This document shows, one piece after another, positions 24,054 through 38,505 of a DNA stretch of 64,000 bases. Origin of the DNA: Psilocybe cubensis (taxonomy: Eukaryota); contig CM039007.1 of assembly GCA_017499595.2 (NCBI GenBank), forward strand, positions 1,116,001-1,180,000, in the 5' to 3' direction. The translations under genes were made by a program, and so were the position numbers. The first letter of the stretch is position 1. Every line of letters starts with the position of its first letter. The notes beneath the pieces are model-generated. The model was not told the origin of the DNA, ran no database searches, and worked only from the letters and a program-made list of their open reading frames with translations.

Positions 24054-25305
24054 ATGAGCGGCAGCCTCCAGCAATTTATTACCCCTGAGCCCGCGGAGCT
24101 CCGTTGGTTTGAAAGAGCAAACTACATTGCCGTTAATCTAGGACTCATCGCCTATGGTAAAGTTCACGTATACTCTGATAAAACTAATACTGATAAACAT
24201 CCTCTTCCAACATCAGGGGTGACCATAGTCACCATTTGCACATGCGCCTACTATCTTATTCACGAGAAGAACCTGAAGAAGAACGCAAAATGGCTAGCGT
24301 TCATTTTCGCTCTTTTCATCGGCAGCACGGTAAACATATCTATCAATATGACATTTAACGAATGGGCGTGGATCGACTTCAGAGCATACCCAGGAGGCCC
24401 ATTGCAATTCTTATTAGAGCAGCAATCAAATGTTATCAATACATGGGGAAACTCTATCTCGACTGCCGTTCAGTTGCTCAGTGATGGCATGCTCGTAAGT
24501 CTTCTATATAAAAGTGGTGCTTTAATTGATGAGGTTTCAATGTGATGTTAGATCTATCGAGTTTATGTCCTATACCAGCACTGGTATGTTATCGTGGTTC
24601 CCGTTATGGCATGGATTGTTATGTTAAGTAAGGACAAAAATTGTACTGGGTGCTTGAGACACGGGCTCACCATGTCGTTATTCCCCAAGTCCTAGGAGCT
24701 TTCTTCATCTTGCAAGCCGCACGTCCCGACTCGAGTCTGTGGTCCCACATTACACTCAATTTCTCTCTTCCATATTTTTCCCTCACGATGGCGACAAATA
24801 TCCTGCTCACCTTGATGCTGATTATTCGACTCCTTTACATGAGACACAGGGTCATGAAAATTATTGATAGGTCCCACGGCAAAACCTACACGAACATCGT
24901 GACCATGCTCTTAGAATCGGCTGCTCTCTACGGGGTCGTCTCGTTTATTTTCCTCGTTTTGTATATTAAAGGAAATACAGCTGCTCTTCTGTTCATACCG
25001 TTGCTAACCCAAGTACAGGTAAGCATTGTTACAATCTAACCGGATTACAGAGAACTAAATATATGTTGTAGTGTATTTCTCCTGTGCTTATAATTTTGCG
25101 AGTTACCCGAGGGAGAGCTTGGTCCGCCAAAACGATAACGAAACTTCAATTAAATAACAACGCCAGAATGAACATGGTCAATGTCAACTCAAACACCTCA
25201 GTTGAACGAACGGACGACGTTTCCCTCAGCACACTCCAGGCGAGTCCTAACAAGTCGCATTTTAACTCTACAACGAGCAACATCATGTTCAGCGACAAAG
25301 TTTGA
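24054..25305 (+). CDS. Multi-pass (about 7-TM) membrane protein of an Agaricomycete-expanded family, 5 exons
   Basis: Successive hydrophobic helices with motifs YPGGP, SDGML/IYR, LLESAALY and LIILRV. Ser/Asn-rich cytosolic tail. Confidence 0.85.
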
Positions 25306-25555
25306 TTGCTGCTTTCGTTCGTAAATTTTGGAGAAAGAACACACTTTTACATCGGCCCAAATATCGGCTTTTTCTTTTCTTCTCGAGCTAGTACAAGTTA
25401 TTTATGTAAGCTATGAATAAATTAAGCATTGGACAGTATCACAAACTGTAATCGTTCATTGAACTGGGCCATTCCTCGGGTGAAGGTGTGACACCGGTAA
25501 TATGCAATGCAACCAAGTTTTATCAAGACCTCGCAGGAAGTAATGGGAAGGAGGA

Positions 25556-27604
25556 TTAGATCTTCCCAGAAATGTGGTCTTCAATGAGCCGCGCAACATA
25601 GACACCGTCGACAGGGATATAGTTCCCTTGAAAACCGTTAGGGTAGTCCACATTTGGCTTATTAGGATACGTTCGGTATCTGTCAAAAAAAAAACACAAA
25701 ACAATAGTATCAATACATGTTAGCAAGCGGTTCAGTATAAGCGGGAACACCCTAAGCCCAACCATACTCCAGGTATCAACCCACATACCTATCCTTCCAC
25801 ACTGCGAAATGTCTCATCCCGAGAGCGCGTGCGGTCCAGTAGTAGTCGTGTGCAAAACCTCCCGGGTAGAAAATTTCGATGACGCTCGAAAAGCGCGTTG
25901 GGCGCATGAACACAAGGTGTGTGAGGCCATTTCCGTGCACACCCAACATGATCTGCAAATAAACCGTTACTTTTGGTAACAATGGAGTTAAATTTGCTGA
26001 CGTACCGTGGTGCGAGCGGCTGCACGAACCTGCTCGTCCTTTGACATGTACTCTGCGATGAGTTCGTCGAACTCCCATTCCAGCGGCACCGTTGTGCCCT
26101 CATTTCCACTCACACCAGCGAGGAATTCAGCACGTTCCTTATTTTTCCTCTCCACAAGCTCCCGGATTGCCTTCACCAAGCCATCATGGTCTTCCTGGAT
26201 CAGCTTGCGATTCCGTGCGGATTGGCGGCTAATGTAGCTGATGACAATTTTATCAGGTAAGGGAAGCATCTTCTGGTGCTTGGAATCGACATTCACGATG
26301 TCATTTGGGTGTATAAACGTGTCCATACCCCTCACCTCTGCCTCTCGTGTCATGAAAGGCATTACGCCTCCCTCCTTCACCGGTGCCAAAGCCAACTGCT
26401 CTATCCCCTCCTCCGCGCCAGCAAACCGCCACACCGCCTCGCGCAGCGGCGCCCACCACCCGCCAACGTGCAACCCTCGCAATCTCGCCTTTCTTCGCAT
26501 ATATTCCCATGCCTCCGCCGCCGTCCTTTGTGTCTGTGAGCCACACACCGTCCCGCGATGCGCTGCACTTCTATCGACCAAAAGCACGGTCGGGAAGTGC
26601 CACGCGCGCTCCCCTTCTTCCAATTTAAATGCCGTCGCCGCTATCCGGTCGTTCCAATCTTCAACATGTTCGACAATGAGCGAGGGCAGTGCCGCGCGCA
26701 GGAAGTATGCATTGAATCCTGGGCTGTCACGCCAGCCGTCTGCGTTGCTGTGTGCGAAGATTGCACGGTGCATGGGTGGTACAGGTGGGTGGGTGGTGGA
26801 AAAGTGCACACTGGTGGATGGGGAGGGATCGTCGAGCTCATTTGGAGTGATAGGCGGAGAGAATGCGCCATGCCAGAAGGCCTGTGCGCCAAAGAAAAGC
26901 TCGGCGACGAAGTGGTAGTAATGTCGCAGGAATTGTTTGGGGTCATTGAAGAGAAGCTGATGGGGAGAACGTTAGTGTCGGGATCAGGCGGTGGGGCAGA
27001 TAATTCGACATGTGGGGCCATACATATCACGCACCGTGTTGCCTTCAACAGTCCATACCCGATTCAACACCCGTCCCTTCGCATTTGTCGTCGACACCCA
27101 TCGATCCTTGGCTTCTTCAGGCGATATAATTTGTATGTTGTCGTCTGTCGGCTCTCGCATCGCAATATTTTCTGGTGTATTCTCCGCTTCCAGCCCGGTG
27201 CTTGTCATCATCCTAATCTCCGGGAATTTTTCCCGAGCGTTATCATCTGCAACAATGTATAGCGTCCCATTTGACATGTACAGGTTTCGAAACAGCGTCC
27301 ATCCAGGTGCGTGCGCGAGGAGCTCGGTGGAAGGGAGGCCGTCGAATGGGAGGAGTGGCCGCGAAGCTGTGGGCGTGGAGGTAGGTGACGCTGTAAGCAC
27401 CACCGTCTCCGTTTTCGTCCGAAATTTTGTGCGAAATCGGTGGGCAACACCAGCCCTGTGGTTGGTGGTGATATGGTTGGGTTGATCCTTAAAGTAAGTG
27501 GTCGATGGGAGACCGATGCATGCTGACCAGAGGTGCATCGACAACGCACCGATTAGCAATAGGATTGCATCGCGGCGGGTGAACGCGCCGCTGCGAAAAA
27601 GCAT
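25556..27604 (-). CDS. Glycosyltransferase family 61 (DUF563)-like type II membrane protein
   Basis: N-terminal anchor, then HAPGWTLFRNLYMSNGT, HYYHFVAE, YISRQ, EQVRAAARTT/IMLGVHGNGLTHL and VIEIFYPGGFAHDY. Confidence 0.8.
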
Positions 27605-28958
27605 CCTCTGACTGGGAATGAAGGTATCGCCAGTAGGAGGGTAGGGGGATCTGAGAGTGTGCACGAGGCATTGCAGGTGGGTTTATATTTTTTATCGGAG
27701 GAAAGGCCTGCGCTGCGCGACACAACAGTATCAAATGGTTACCCCAAGGAGAGCCGCGGCTGGGGTAACGCGGACATGACGCATCACCTCGAAGAGCTGA
27801 CGGGGTAACAATGTGCGATGGTTGACAAGTACAGCCGCATTCGGCGTCTAATTATAATGCAACTGCGTCTGTAAATGCGAAGATGAGGTGAAGGAGATGA
27901 GGACGGCGTCAAAATGCTAGGGAAAAGGGCAACCGAAGAGTCCTTGGCATCAAAAATTCGTAATTTGCATGGCATAAAAAGGTTTGCCGTTGAATCTCTT
28001 CCTGACCAACTGGACTTTTTATACTCTCGACCTAGCCTGGATGAACCTGAAAGTAAGCCAGTGACTTTGTCATAGAGAGGCGCTATCAATGTTCCTACAG
28101 ATCAGTTTTTGCGGGATCCTGAAAACACCTGAGCGTTTCTGGCAGCACAGAAATTTTGATGAATATCTGTTCTTGTGCCGATATTGGCTTCGACCGCCCT
28201 TCTAGCGGAAACATGAACTCTGAAGTCTGTCGATTTCTGATCGGAACTCCAAGGCTGGTCATTTGTTTGATTTCTGTTGTGATATGCCACTGAAAATTTT
28301 GTCATGCTAACTGTGCGTATTACTCTGTACGAATTTGAAAACGAACCTGAGCTACATGTTCCAAGAGAAAAAAGGCGCCCAAAGCGCTTTTGACACGATT
28401 TCCCATTAAAAATGTGAACGTTAAGGAACACCTTCATACTCACCGGTTTGCGGCCACCGTGACTCTGAAGCTGAAGAACTTGAAGCAGAGGCAAGTTGGG
28501 AACGACGAAATTTAGGCACGTTGGTTTGTAGGATCGGATACAGAAGTTGAACCAGGGTAAGAAACTGACCACACCATTGAAAGCAAGATGTTCAACTCAC
28601 AATTTCAGTATTCACTGCGATCTATCTCGCTGGTAGACAATCAACGGGTGGGCCGTGAGAAATTGATGGGCCTGCTGCAAAGTGTGGAACGGCACCGCCA
28701 AGCCTCCGTTGAAACCTTGAGATGAACCCCGCGCGTTCTTGAAGATTAATCATTTACTATCTTCTCAACTAGTACGAACATACACCAAACCAAGGAGAAA
28801 CAAGTCTCGCGCGCGTGAATATTTTCAGTGTTTTTGTGCCTACCATTGACTGATACTCAGTTTTACAGTGTCCCGAAACCCTGCGAAGCTATAGAAATTC
28901 TGCACAGCTTGAGCATATCGGTATCGTGCAGAGTCAGCAGCAGCATATTGTCAGGGAA

Positions 28959-31624
28959 ATGGATAGCGAGTTCAAGTTCATCAGATCCTCTGTCGAGAGC
29001 TTCATGAACACCTACCTGCCTTTTGTCCCAAATGACAATGAAACGCAATACTTTGTTCAGCAACTTTTACAGGACACTTCAACGGGGGCTGGTAATGCTT
29101 CTCATTCCAGCGACGTAACTACACGGCCAGTGTTGTCTGTATTGACGGGAAACGAGACAACTTTCGCTTTTCGAGATTACCCACTCCAGAGAAAAAGGGG
29201 CCGGCGGTCTAACAACAAAACCACCTTCTCTCGGGGATGGGAGAAGATTGCACTGACCATTGGGAATATTGAATATCCTGGGGAACGAAAACGCAACAAA
29301 TTCAGCTACGTAAACGTGCCGAACAAAAGGATAGCTTCCTCCAACCGAGGCTACAACAACAAAATCGATGCCGCATTTGTTGCAGCCTGCGATACGCACA
29401 AGCCGCTTCAGACGACCGACATAGCTGTTGTAGTCGGGCACAAAGTTGCTGCGTCGCACACTCGGCAAGTGAGTTCCATTTCACAACTCAGCTAACGTCC
29501 GTTCTTTCGCACGTGTCTTCTGATATTTACTCACTGTAGAACGCGTTACATGTCGTCTCTTCCAATGTTCAGATTATGAACGAAGACGTACGTCGTATGT
29601 TCACTTTCGGGGTGCGCTTTCTCTACATTTTGCTGTTGACCGAGCTGACATCCACGATATGCCACACAGATAACAGCCGAAATGCATAATGTCACGCTGT
29701 GGTATCATGATCGTTCACATTCAGCCGCGTCGTATCCCTTTAACTTATCCACGGTCTGTAGCTTTCCTCATTGTTAGAACATTTCTCTGACAAAATTCAC
29801 ACAGAATCCTAAATTATTCATACAAGTTCTTATTGCATTTTTGTTTGCAACGGAAGAAGAGCTTGGCTACGATTCAATGGTAAAGCTTGAACCAGACCAA
29901 AACTACACATTCAAGATTCCAAGTTTACCGGGCAGCGACAAGTGTTTCGGTTCTTTCGCACCGTGGAGGGCCTGTCGCTCTATCATTCGAACGGCATCAC
30001 CGGTCGAATGACGCGTGTTTACAAAGTCGTTGAAGTCAGGGAAAGCGGCGAGGCGTTTGGAGATCCGCTCGTTTTGAAAGACGTGTGGCTCGACAGCTCT
30101 GCGAAGACGGAAAAAGAGATACAGAACGCCATTTTTACCGATATCGAACAATTTTGGGACAGCCCAGACGAACCGCTGGAGTTAAAGAGCTTCAAAGAAG
30201 CTCACAGGAAAATTGTTGGCAATGGCAGCTACAAGCAATACTTTCTTCAGATTGTCCTGGACTACAGCGGACAGAAAACTAAAGTACGAGTAGAGATAGG
30301 AACCGAAGTCAGAGGTTTCTTCGACGCTGAGCAAGATCTCGCACTGGATGCTCCGGCAACTGGTACCGCATCACAAGGATCGCAGTCTATGAATGATCAG
30401 ACATTTGTAAACGCACACCGAAATGCTTCCCAATCACCAGCTATTCCAGCTATTCCACGCGAACAGAAGAGGCAATATCGCATCCTTTTCAAGGAGGTTT
30501 GTAGAACTTCTGGACGGCTCGAAACCCTTGGAGAAGTGGTCAATGTGCTATCACAAACCCTCATCCGTGAGCGAATTGTTTTCCCCCATCTTTGATTTGC
30601 AAGGCCTTACGTATCTTATCTAGCGCTCCAGCTTTTGTTTTGCGCGGGATGGGTCCATAGAGACATTTGTTCTGGAAATATACTTGCTTTCAAGAAAGAT
30701 TCAGAAAGCCAGGGGCCGTGGCTCGCAAAACTCTCTGACTTTGCATATGCCACAAAATTCCCTGTGCCAAAAGGTTCAGCATGTGCTTCAAGTACGAAGA
30801 CGGTATTTATGTTCTTTGATTTCAAAAAATTGTCTTTTGACCATTGCCTACAGGGGACAGCGTACTTTATGCCTCTGGAAATTATGCTGTCATCTTACTT
30901 GTTTTCTCCCAGCCACGACAATACACTGCCAGCGCAGAAAGAATTCGCAATTGCAAGACAACTTTCTGTCAAAGAGAGACTTGCTGAATTGGCACTACAG
31001 CTACAGAATTCTACAACTACTCAACCGCAGAAGGGAGTCGCTCACAATTTCCAACACGATTTAGAATCAATGTGGTGGATGCTTCTCTGGAACATATGCT
31101 GCCGCCTTGACCCAACACAATCAACGAAGTCCCTTCAGGACTTTGGCAAGGCCGTTTTCATTAACGATAGAAAGCCGACTCATGCCAGAATTCACTGCAT
31201 CACCGCACCATTCGGAAAAACCGTCACACCCAAGGCACCAAAGTCAATTCTCTCTATCGTTACGTCTCTTTCCTTATTGAGTGGCGAACTTTACCAGAAC
31301 TACGTTGATCGTGGTCGGAATGGCGCATATAATGATGTTGGCTCGTATGCTCAGATTCACAGCATCTTCTTCGAGACATTTAAAGCGCTCGACGAAGAGG
31401 TCACTGAAGCTTCGGAAGCCCAAGCTTCTGGCAGAAACGATGGTGGAGATCAGCATTGGTCCACGATACCTTTGCTGGTGAAGGCTTATAGCAATACCGT
31501 GGCACAAGGATCTGCGGTGGGCGAACCAGAGCGTAAGCGTCCTCGATCCAACGAAGACCATGTCGATGCGAGGGAGGTCGAGAGCGAAGGTAGGACCAAA
31601 GCTAAGCAACCTAGAAAGAAGTGA
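28959..31624 (+). pseudogene. FunK1/Pkinase_fungal kinase, copy C, frameshifted
   Basis: Full motif set (HRDICSGN, SDFAYA, HDLES). At 29940-29950 the sequence is AAGTGTTTCGG versus AAGGTTCGG in copy B2, a +2 shift leading to a premature TGA before the catalytic core. Confidence 0.75.
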
Positions 31625-31930
31625 GAGAGAGATAGATAGTAGCTTTAGTATTGTGACTTGCTTGGATATATTTCATGTAACAACAAATTCTTCATGTCAT
31701 ATCTCATTAGTTTGAACATTGTAGTTTTATTCGTGATCCGGTATGCAATAAATATTAAAGTGAGTGGAGTGCAGGTAATTATACAGTAGTACATGTACAA
31801 AGATATTGCTACGTCACAAAATTAGCAGATATATATATCATAAAATGTTCAAAAGCAAGTCAGCCCACTGATACAACGCGTTGCAATTCGACTCCAGCCA
31901 GCCTCATTGACATGGTCCCGACACTCCAGA

Positions 31931-34295
31931 TCACAGGTCCAAGTCAGGGAGTTCATCCGGCAGATCAATGCCCATGGCGTCGACAATAAACTCCCTTAGT
32001 GCCTCCTCCATCTCCTCCTTTGTCATCTTTTTCTTCTTGTTGTCGTCCTGCGGCAGCGCACCACGACGCAGCCGAGCGTGCATCCGAGCGGGAAGTGTGC
32101 GCAGCCAGAACCCGACCAATGCCTTCCAAATGGCGAAGTCCATGCTGAACATGCTGAGCTGGAAACGTGTGTGGTTGTACCACTCCCGCGTGCGCTCGGA
32201 GAATGTGAGGTGAGTGTTTCGAGTGGGCTCCTTCGAAGCCCAGTAGCCTGTAATTTTGACGCCGTTGACGGGACTGCCGAATGACGCGTTGTTCCCTACA
32301 AAAGGAAAAGAAACATGATGAGCACACCAAAGCCAACCAAAATTGAAGACATAAAGTAAAGAGAGATCAGATAAGTGGTAGGGTGTATGTACCTTGCATT
32401 ATCCGCATATTTCTGTTCAGAAACAGAATGACTTTGGGCATCCGATCCGTGTCCGCCAAAAATTCCTTCAGCCTCTGCTTCATCTTCAGACTGAGCTCGT
32501 ACTCTGACATCCGTTCTCTCTTTTTCTCGTTATCTCTATCCTCGTTTTCTCCGTCTTTTCTCGTTTTCTCTGCCCCTGAATCAGTCTTCTTGACCTCTCT
32601 CCCCTTCCTCAAAATCGTCGGCCGCATCATCACAAAGCTCGCCACCAAATCAGGTAACGGGCCGAACCCCCATCGCTCCGCAACACTCTTCACTCCACTA
32701 AAATCACCCACCAGCATCGCCCGCCACAGCTCCGCCCACTCCCTCTTGAATTCTTCAGGAAGCTGCACACACAGCCCATGGTCGAGCAGAACGACTTGCG
32801 GCTGGGTGCGGTTTGTAGGAGAGGGGCGTATGAGGATGTTGCCCGGGTGGGGATCGCAGTGCACCTGTCCAAACTTGAACATCTGGGCGGAGAACAGCTC
32901 AGTGAGGGTTTCGATGAGAGATTTGACGCCGCCTTTGAGGGGGTGCGCTGGGTAGTGGAACGACGATACTGTCGAGGGGGTTAAAAAATCGGAGCTTTCG
33001 ACTGCTGTGATATGGGTGTGTGTGGTCCCCTCCGGTACATGCTGTGCTTTCTTCGGCAGAGCTTCGCCCATGAGGCGATATACACCTTCCCTATCTGATA
33101 GACGCACCCCGTCAATCCACTCAGCCACCATGACCTTCTTTGTCGTGTATTCTTCGTAGATTTTAGGGATGTATACTTTATCCCGCAGGAGCGGTTCTTT
33201 TGCGATATAATCAGCTGTCTGCTGCGCGTTTCGTGCTTCATTTACAAAGTCCAGTTCTTGCCTTAGATGGTCTGCAATAAAATCTACAACATCGTGAAAT
33301 GAAATAGGCACATTAACACAAGTAATATCAAGATATAAACGTAGAATACTCACCAACGACGAAATATACGGGCAGATCAAACGCCCAATGCTCAAACATC
33401 CACATAACAGAGCGGAACGCAGCAATGTCCCACTCCATTTGCTTTGCCACGTCAGGCTTCTGTACCTTTACTGCAACCCACTTTCCCTCGTCTACTACAC
33501 GTCCACTCTCGTCGCGCGTGGGCCAGAGTTTCGCCTTGTGCACTTGCGCGATGCTTGCGCTGGCCACAGCCTTTTCTTCAAATACCTCAAATACACCGTT
33601 GGGCCCGCTCGGAGGCTGCCCCAACTCATTTACAAATACACGGTGGATGGTTGAGTAGGGAACCTGCGGTGCGTCGTCGAACAGGCTGGCGAACTGCTTC
33701 TGGATCGGCTCTGGGAGCGCCGCTGCGTTCGCAGCTATCGCTTGCCTTCCACTGACCTCAGAAAAGCGAAACAGTGTGGAGATGCTAAGGCACGCACCCA
33801 AATTTGATGTACAACCCTCCGTTGGTCGAAAGCAGGTCGAACACCCGCTGCCCGACGCGTTCGTGCAACTCCGGTATCTGCTCGCTCTTGCCCGGCGTGA
33901 AATTGGACTTGTAATCCCAGGTAATCAAGGCGCTCTATTGGAAACAAAGAAGCATTGTAGAGCGTGTGTGAGGATGATTAGTAAATACCCACTGTTGTAA
34001 ATGTCCTCAGTGTCCGCGTTAAAGAAGACGCGTTATAGACCCTGTCCACCGTGTATATCGTCGCTGCTCCCGCTGCAAAATACCCCATCCTCCGAGTATA
34101 TTTCCATAGCCACGACGGTGTCTGATGATGTTCTGGGGTCAACTTGGGTGGAGATACACCTGCCGATGGGTGAGATTTAGATATATGTGTAAAGGAAAGT
34201 TGTCTTTTAGATAGCAGCGCGATGGAGTCCAGACGTAATTGACGCTGTGTTGTCCAGGCCAGATTTCCTATACGAAGCATGATCCTGGTCGTCAT
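31931..34295 (-). CDS. ABC1/UbiB family atypical kinase, ADCK1/Mcp2(Cqd2)-like, probably mitochondrial
   Basis: Basic presequence-like N-terminus, then NGGLYIKFGQ, ASASIAQVHKA, VAVKVQ, ELDFVNEA, EWIDG, VHCDPHPGN and LLDHGL. Introns splice in frame. Confidence 0.9.
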
Positions 34296-37200
34296 CGTCC
34301 ACTGAACTTTCTGACGACAGAGGTGAGGGGTAGACAGCTGCCCGTAGTAGAGAGATATATGGTTTGGACATGATGGATATTGGTGGTGGGATGTCGGCAA
34401 TGGTTGCGTTCACTTTGCGGCTCGATTCAGACGAGTCAGGCCGGCGATACGCGGCATTTCAGGCCCTCAACGCAACGTGATCTCATTAGGTCATCAACAT
34501 GGTCTGGAACATTGCCAAGCCGCATTGCCCAGGCATTTTGCCTCACACATTCTCGCATAACGACTCACATGGAACAGCGAACGTCCTTGCAACACTCTTC
34601 CTCCAACTGCCTCCAACTCTACACTTCTCCTTTGGATACTCAATTTTAGTGTATGATGGGGTCGTCGAAAACCATTTTTCATAAGGTTTGCCTTGCAGTG
34701 ACACTCAATTCGTTGTAGAATGATCTTTAGAGTGATTCAGGTATTCGGGAAACTCGTGCAATGGGCAAATGAAACTTCTGCGATTTTATAAAGGACTTTG
34801 AATAAGAGGTATGCGTATTCTGCAAGATAGCAAATCAAGCATTAATCATAATTGTTTTACTTCTATGATGACGAATATATTAGAACACCGTACTACGAGT
34901 TGCCAACGCTAGCAATCAAGTTATGAGCAAGCACAGTGCGGGTGCACTCACATACTCGCAATAAACACTCGCTGCTGAGGATAAGTGCTTTTTTGTGACC
35001 AAGCCGCCATGATCACCGTTGGGGCAGGGCAAATTTCTGTCGGCCAGTGAGAACATATTACTGCAGCCTTCTTGCGAAATCCGGAAGTCGGATATCTGAC
35101 TTAGAACGGTATTTACTTCGTTCCTTGAGGTACTAATTCTCCCAACGAAGCCGATGACAGTAATGAGTATCGATTTCCTTTTGAAGTACCAACCTCAAAA
35201 GATAAAACAGTACGCTTTCAGTACTGTTTGGTTTGAAGACAGTATTCTTAAAATACGGAGATATAGATATCAAGATATATTTGTAATGCTGTTGTATTCT
35301 GTATTCTGGGGTAACGCGGATTGGCCTAATCACCTCTGTAAATCGCCCTATTCCCCGTTTGAGTGTATACATTTCAACATAGTACTTAGGTAGTATGTAG
35401 ACCAGCAATTTAAATATTCTCCTGCCAGACGGCTGGTTAGATATTTTCGAGCACATTGGATAGGACAGTCGCTGCCGTCGGCCTTCAAATTTAATTTTCC
35501 ACACGATCCGCGCTGTTGCTTGTGGATGCAGTATCCGGACTCCTCTTCCACACTGTTTTTGAAGGCTGCTCTCACCAATTATTCACCAAATCTCTTAAAC
35601 ATACAACGCTGATACTGCGTCATAGACCGGTTGAAGCTCTGAATGGAACTGCCCCGGTGACGTCCCAAAAATCCTCTCAGGAAAATTCACATTTGGTTTG
35701 ACACCGTGGTAGTATGGTGTACATCTGAGGTCAGTTTTAAAGACGTCAGTGCAAGGCCGACGTTCGACACGGTGGTGAGAACGACAGTTTATGATTCCGT
35801 ACGTAATTCTATAATTGCGAACTTTGACTGCCATTTCTAAATCACGCCTCCTGCGTCTCGGCACAGGCCATGGTTTGTTCCTTCGTTAGTAACTTGATTC
35901 CACACGTAAAAATTCTGATGTCTGCACCCGAATTTCTGATTGTTTCTTTGTCTTTCCACCTCGGGCAGTACGTGTACAACTTAAGTGAGGCTATGTTTCC
36001 AGTTGAAATGTCCCTCAAAACCTACTTCTGGAGCTGGAGAATTCAGCATTTCGGGATTACCAATTACACGTATTTCCAGTAGGCCCTCCAAAAATCAATT
36101 CTGAGAAGATCATCTGAACGCCCAAGTTTTGTCACTATAATTAGTGGGTACAAAAATAAAACAACGGAAACGGAGCAGAGTGAACAAAATAATCCATCAT
36201 ACTCATCGTTCGTCTACATGCTCCACACGCGGGAGAGAGACAGAATGCCTGCATTTATCAATGTCGCTGCAGAAAAGGGGCATTATTGATACATAGTCGC
36301 TTCTATCAAATTGCTTACACTTTCTCGAGCTCATGGCAAAGTTAGCTTCCCATTCAAACGCTTGACTTCTTGTTCGAAGTCGAAGCCTTCGAGTCGGTTT
36401 CAATCCGTCTTCCGTTGTCTCCGATTTCGCGGGTATAACATGTTCAAATGCCGGGTAATCGAATGTGCCTTGACGGCTTCTCATTGAATAAACCCCTGAT
36501 TTCTCACAAGGTTCCTAAAGTTGTCTGAGTCCCACGATGCTCGCCCAAGTAATGGAACCCCTCAATCCCAACTCTCCGTTATCTTGCAGGTTTGCTGAGA
36601 TCGCTGGGACGTAGTAAGCGACCTCTACGGTTCCCTCAGTTTCCACGCTTCATTATAGTGGGTGCTTGTCGATGGGTAATCTCAGAGCACGGCGGAGGGG
36701 ACTCTGGCGGTAGGCAGCTGTAGATGATTCCGTAACCCTCTGGGGTCTGACGAAACGAGGACAACTCCTTACGTGTTGTCAGCTTCTGTTACCTATTTGT
36801 TTTTACTCAAGTCTGCAATAGCCGTATTCTGCCGTATTCTGCCGCGTCTGCCATTCGAGCGGGTTCCCAGGGTGTTGGGCTTGGCATAATTGTATTACCG
36901 ACATTTCGCCTCTGGTCATTTCGTCTTTATTCCAACTTGCTTCGAACATAGAACAAGACACCTAATTCATAAGTTAGAATGCGCTGATGAGTTCTGTAAC
37001 ATACAGAAATTATGTTACATGTAGATATTATTCCTAATCTCGGATATCTTTTTCTCAGCAGGTCCCATGGTAAAACATTATCTTCAAGTTAATGTCCTAT
37101 ACTGGAATGACGCGGTCCTTGTTCCGAACTGCTGCATGAGACTTTCGATCGGTTAAAGTCTTTCAGATGGTAAGGCGTTTACCGGAGTGTTGCTACATCT

Positions 37201-38505
37201 AACACGATCAGTTTCCTATGACAGAAATACACGCCCTAGGGGGTTAAAACGGCGAAATCTTGTTATCATTTTAACCTGAAGCTGCAGGTTCAAGTCGTTT
37301 GCCATCCCTATGCACATGGCGTATAGCTAGCCGACCGACATTGAGAAAAGAACGATGATTTACCAAGTCCTTGGATGAACTGCACGTTGTTCATATTGTC
37401 TGACTTGGGGTCCTAATCAAATGGTTGATAAGTTGACAATTTGAACAGCCTGTGTTTTTAATTACATCATAAACTGGCATTCCATCATAAATCTCTATCA
37501 CTTTGTTTTAACTATGGAACTTTGTCTGTCATAGGAACCCTTTCGACGGCCAATAGGCATGGTAGACGGCCCAGAAATTGACATTGACACACTTTGATAA
37601 GGTTAGGTAGCGACATTGTACGATTTTGGCAAGGGATCAAGCCGTGATGGGTTTGTAGGTTAGAATTGGGATGGCGAGAGAACAGCCAATCAGAACTTCA
37701 ATATTGCAAAGGTCCCGGGACCACATATGTCAGCATTTTACTTCTAACTGGATGCGTGTCTGATCATTTAATCCGGTAATATATACGAGTACATTTTGCA
37801 GTCACAGAGTACATGCATCGTTAACCTTTATGTTAGGTATATCTTTTTACCTAGTTTCTCTGACCAAATCTAGAACATATTAACTGGCTGAGGGCAATCC
37901 ACAATTTTATCGAATGAGAATGCCACACTTACGTTTGGGATATTGTTGATACAATAGATAAATGTCATGATCATCTGTCTTATGGCTACCAAAACTCGAC
38001 AACGGCATGTATAAGAAGACCGGGCTTTCCGGTGTATGGGGAGCGCGCGGTATATTGCTATAAGTTAGTTGCGTGACACACCTACAAAATTTGGACGTAA
38101 ATAATCAACTTAGCGCAGAGAAGAGCGAGAATATAAAATTTTCTTGAGAGCAGGTGGTGAATCCTACAAGGTCAATGCATAATTACACGATAGCAAAGTT
38201 GGCAACGAATGCAAAACGAATGCAGAGGTTCGCCTTTATCTCGAAGTCTGATCAATTGGTAATATAACAGAAACACGGTACAAACAGAGAGCGGTCTAAG
38301 AATACTTATGTTGTGCAATTTCTCTTTAATACTATTTTTCAAGGGTTAGTCAAGAATTTTATTGCCAAACCTTGGTCACTATCAGTAACCCCTAACCGGC
38401 AACTTATTTTGGAAGGCGACATCACTGAGCACGTGATGTCGGAAAAAACAGCATCAGCACTGTGACACGACCCTCTTGTCACCCTGTTCGAAACAACACA
38501 AGCAG

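Noticed and set aside
26007-27485. Long plus-strand ORFs over the glycosyltransferase
   Set aside because: These are antisense shadows of a GC-rich coding region; the same applies to antisense ORFs over the kinases and ABC1.
27737-27768. Hairpin GTTACCCCA...TGGGGTAAC upstream of the GT61 gene
   Set aside because: A single 9-bp inverted repeat could arise by chance, and nothing else supports it.
34700-38400. Long ORF-poor stretch checked by eye for tRNA or other RNA genes
   Set aside because: No cloverleaf, A/B box pair or other recognisable RNA signature was seen; tRNAscan-SE or Infernal would be needed to exclude one.
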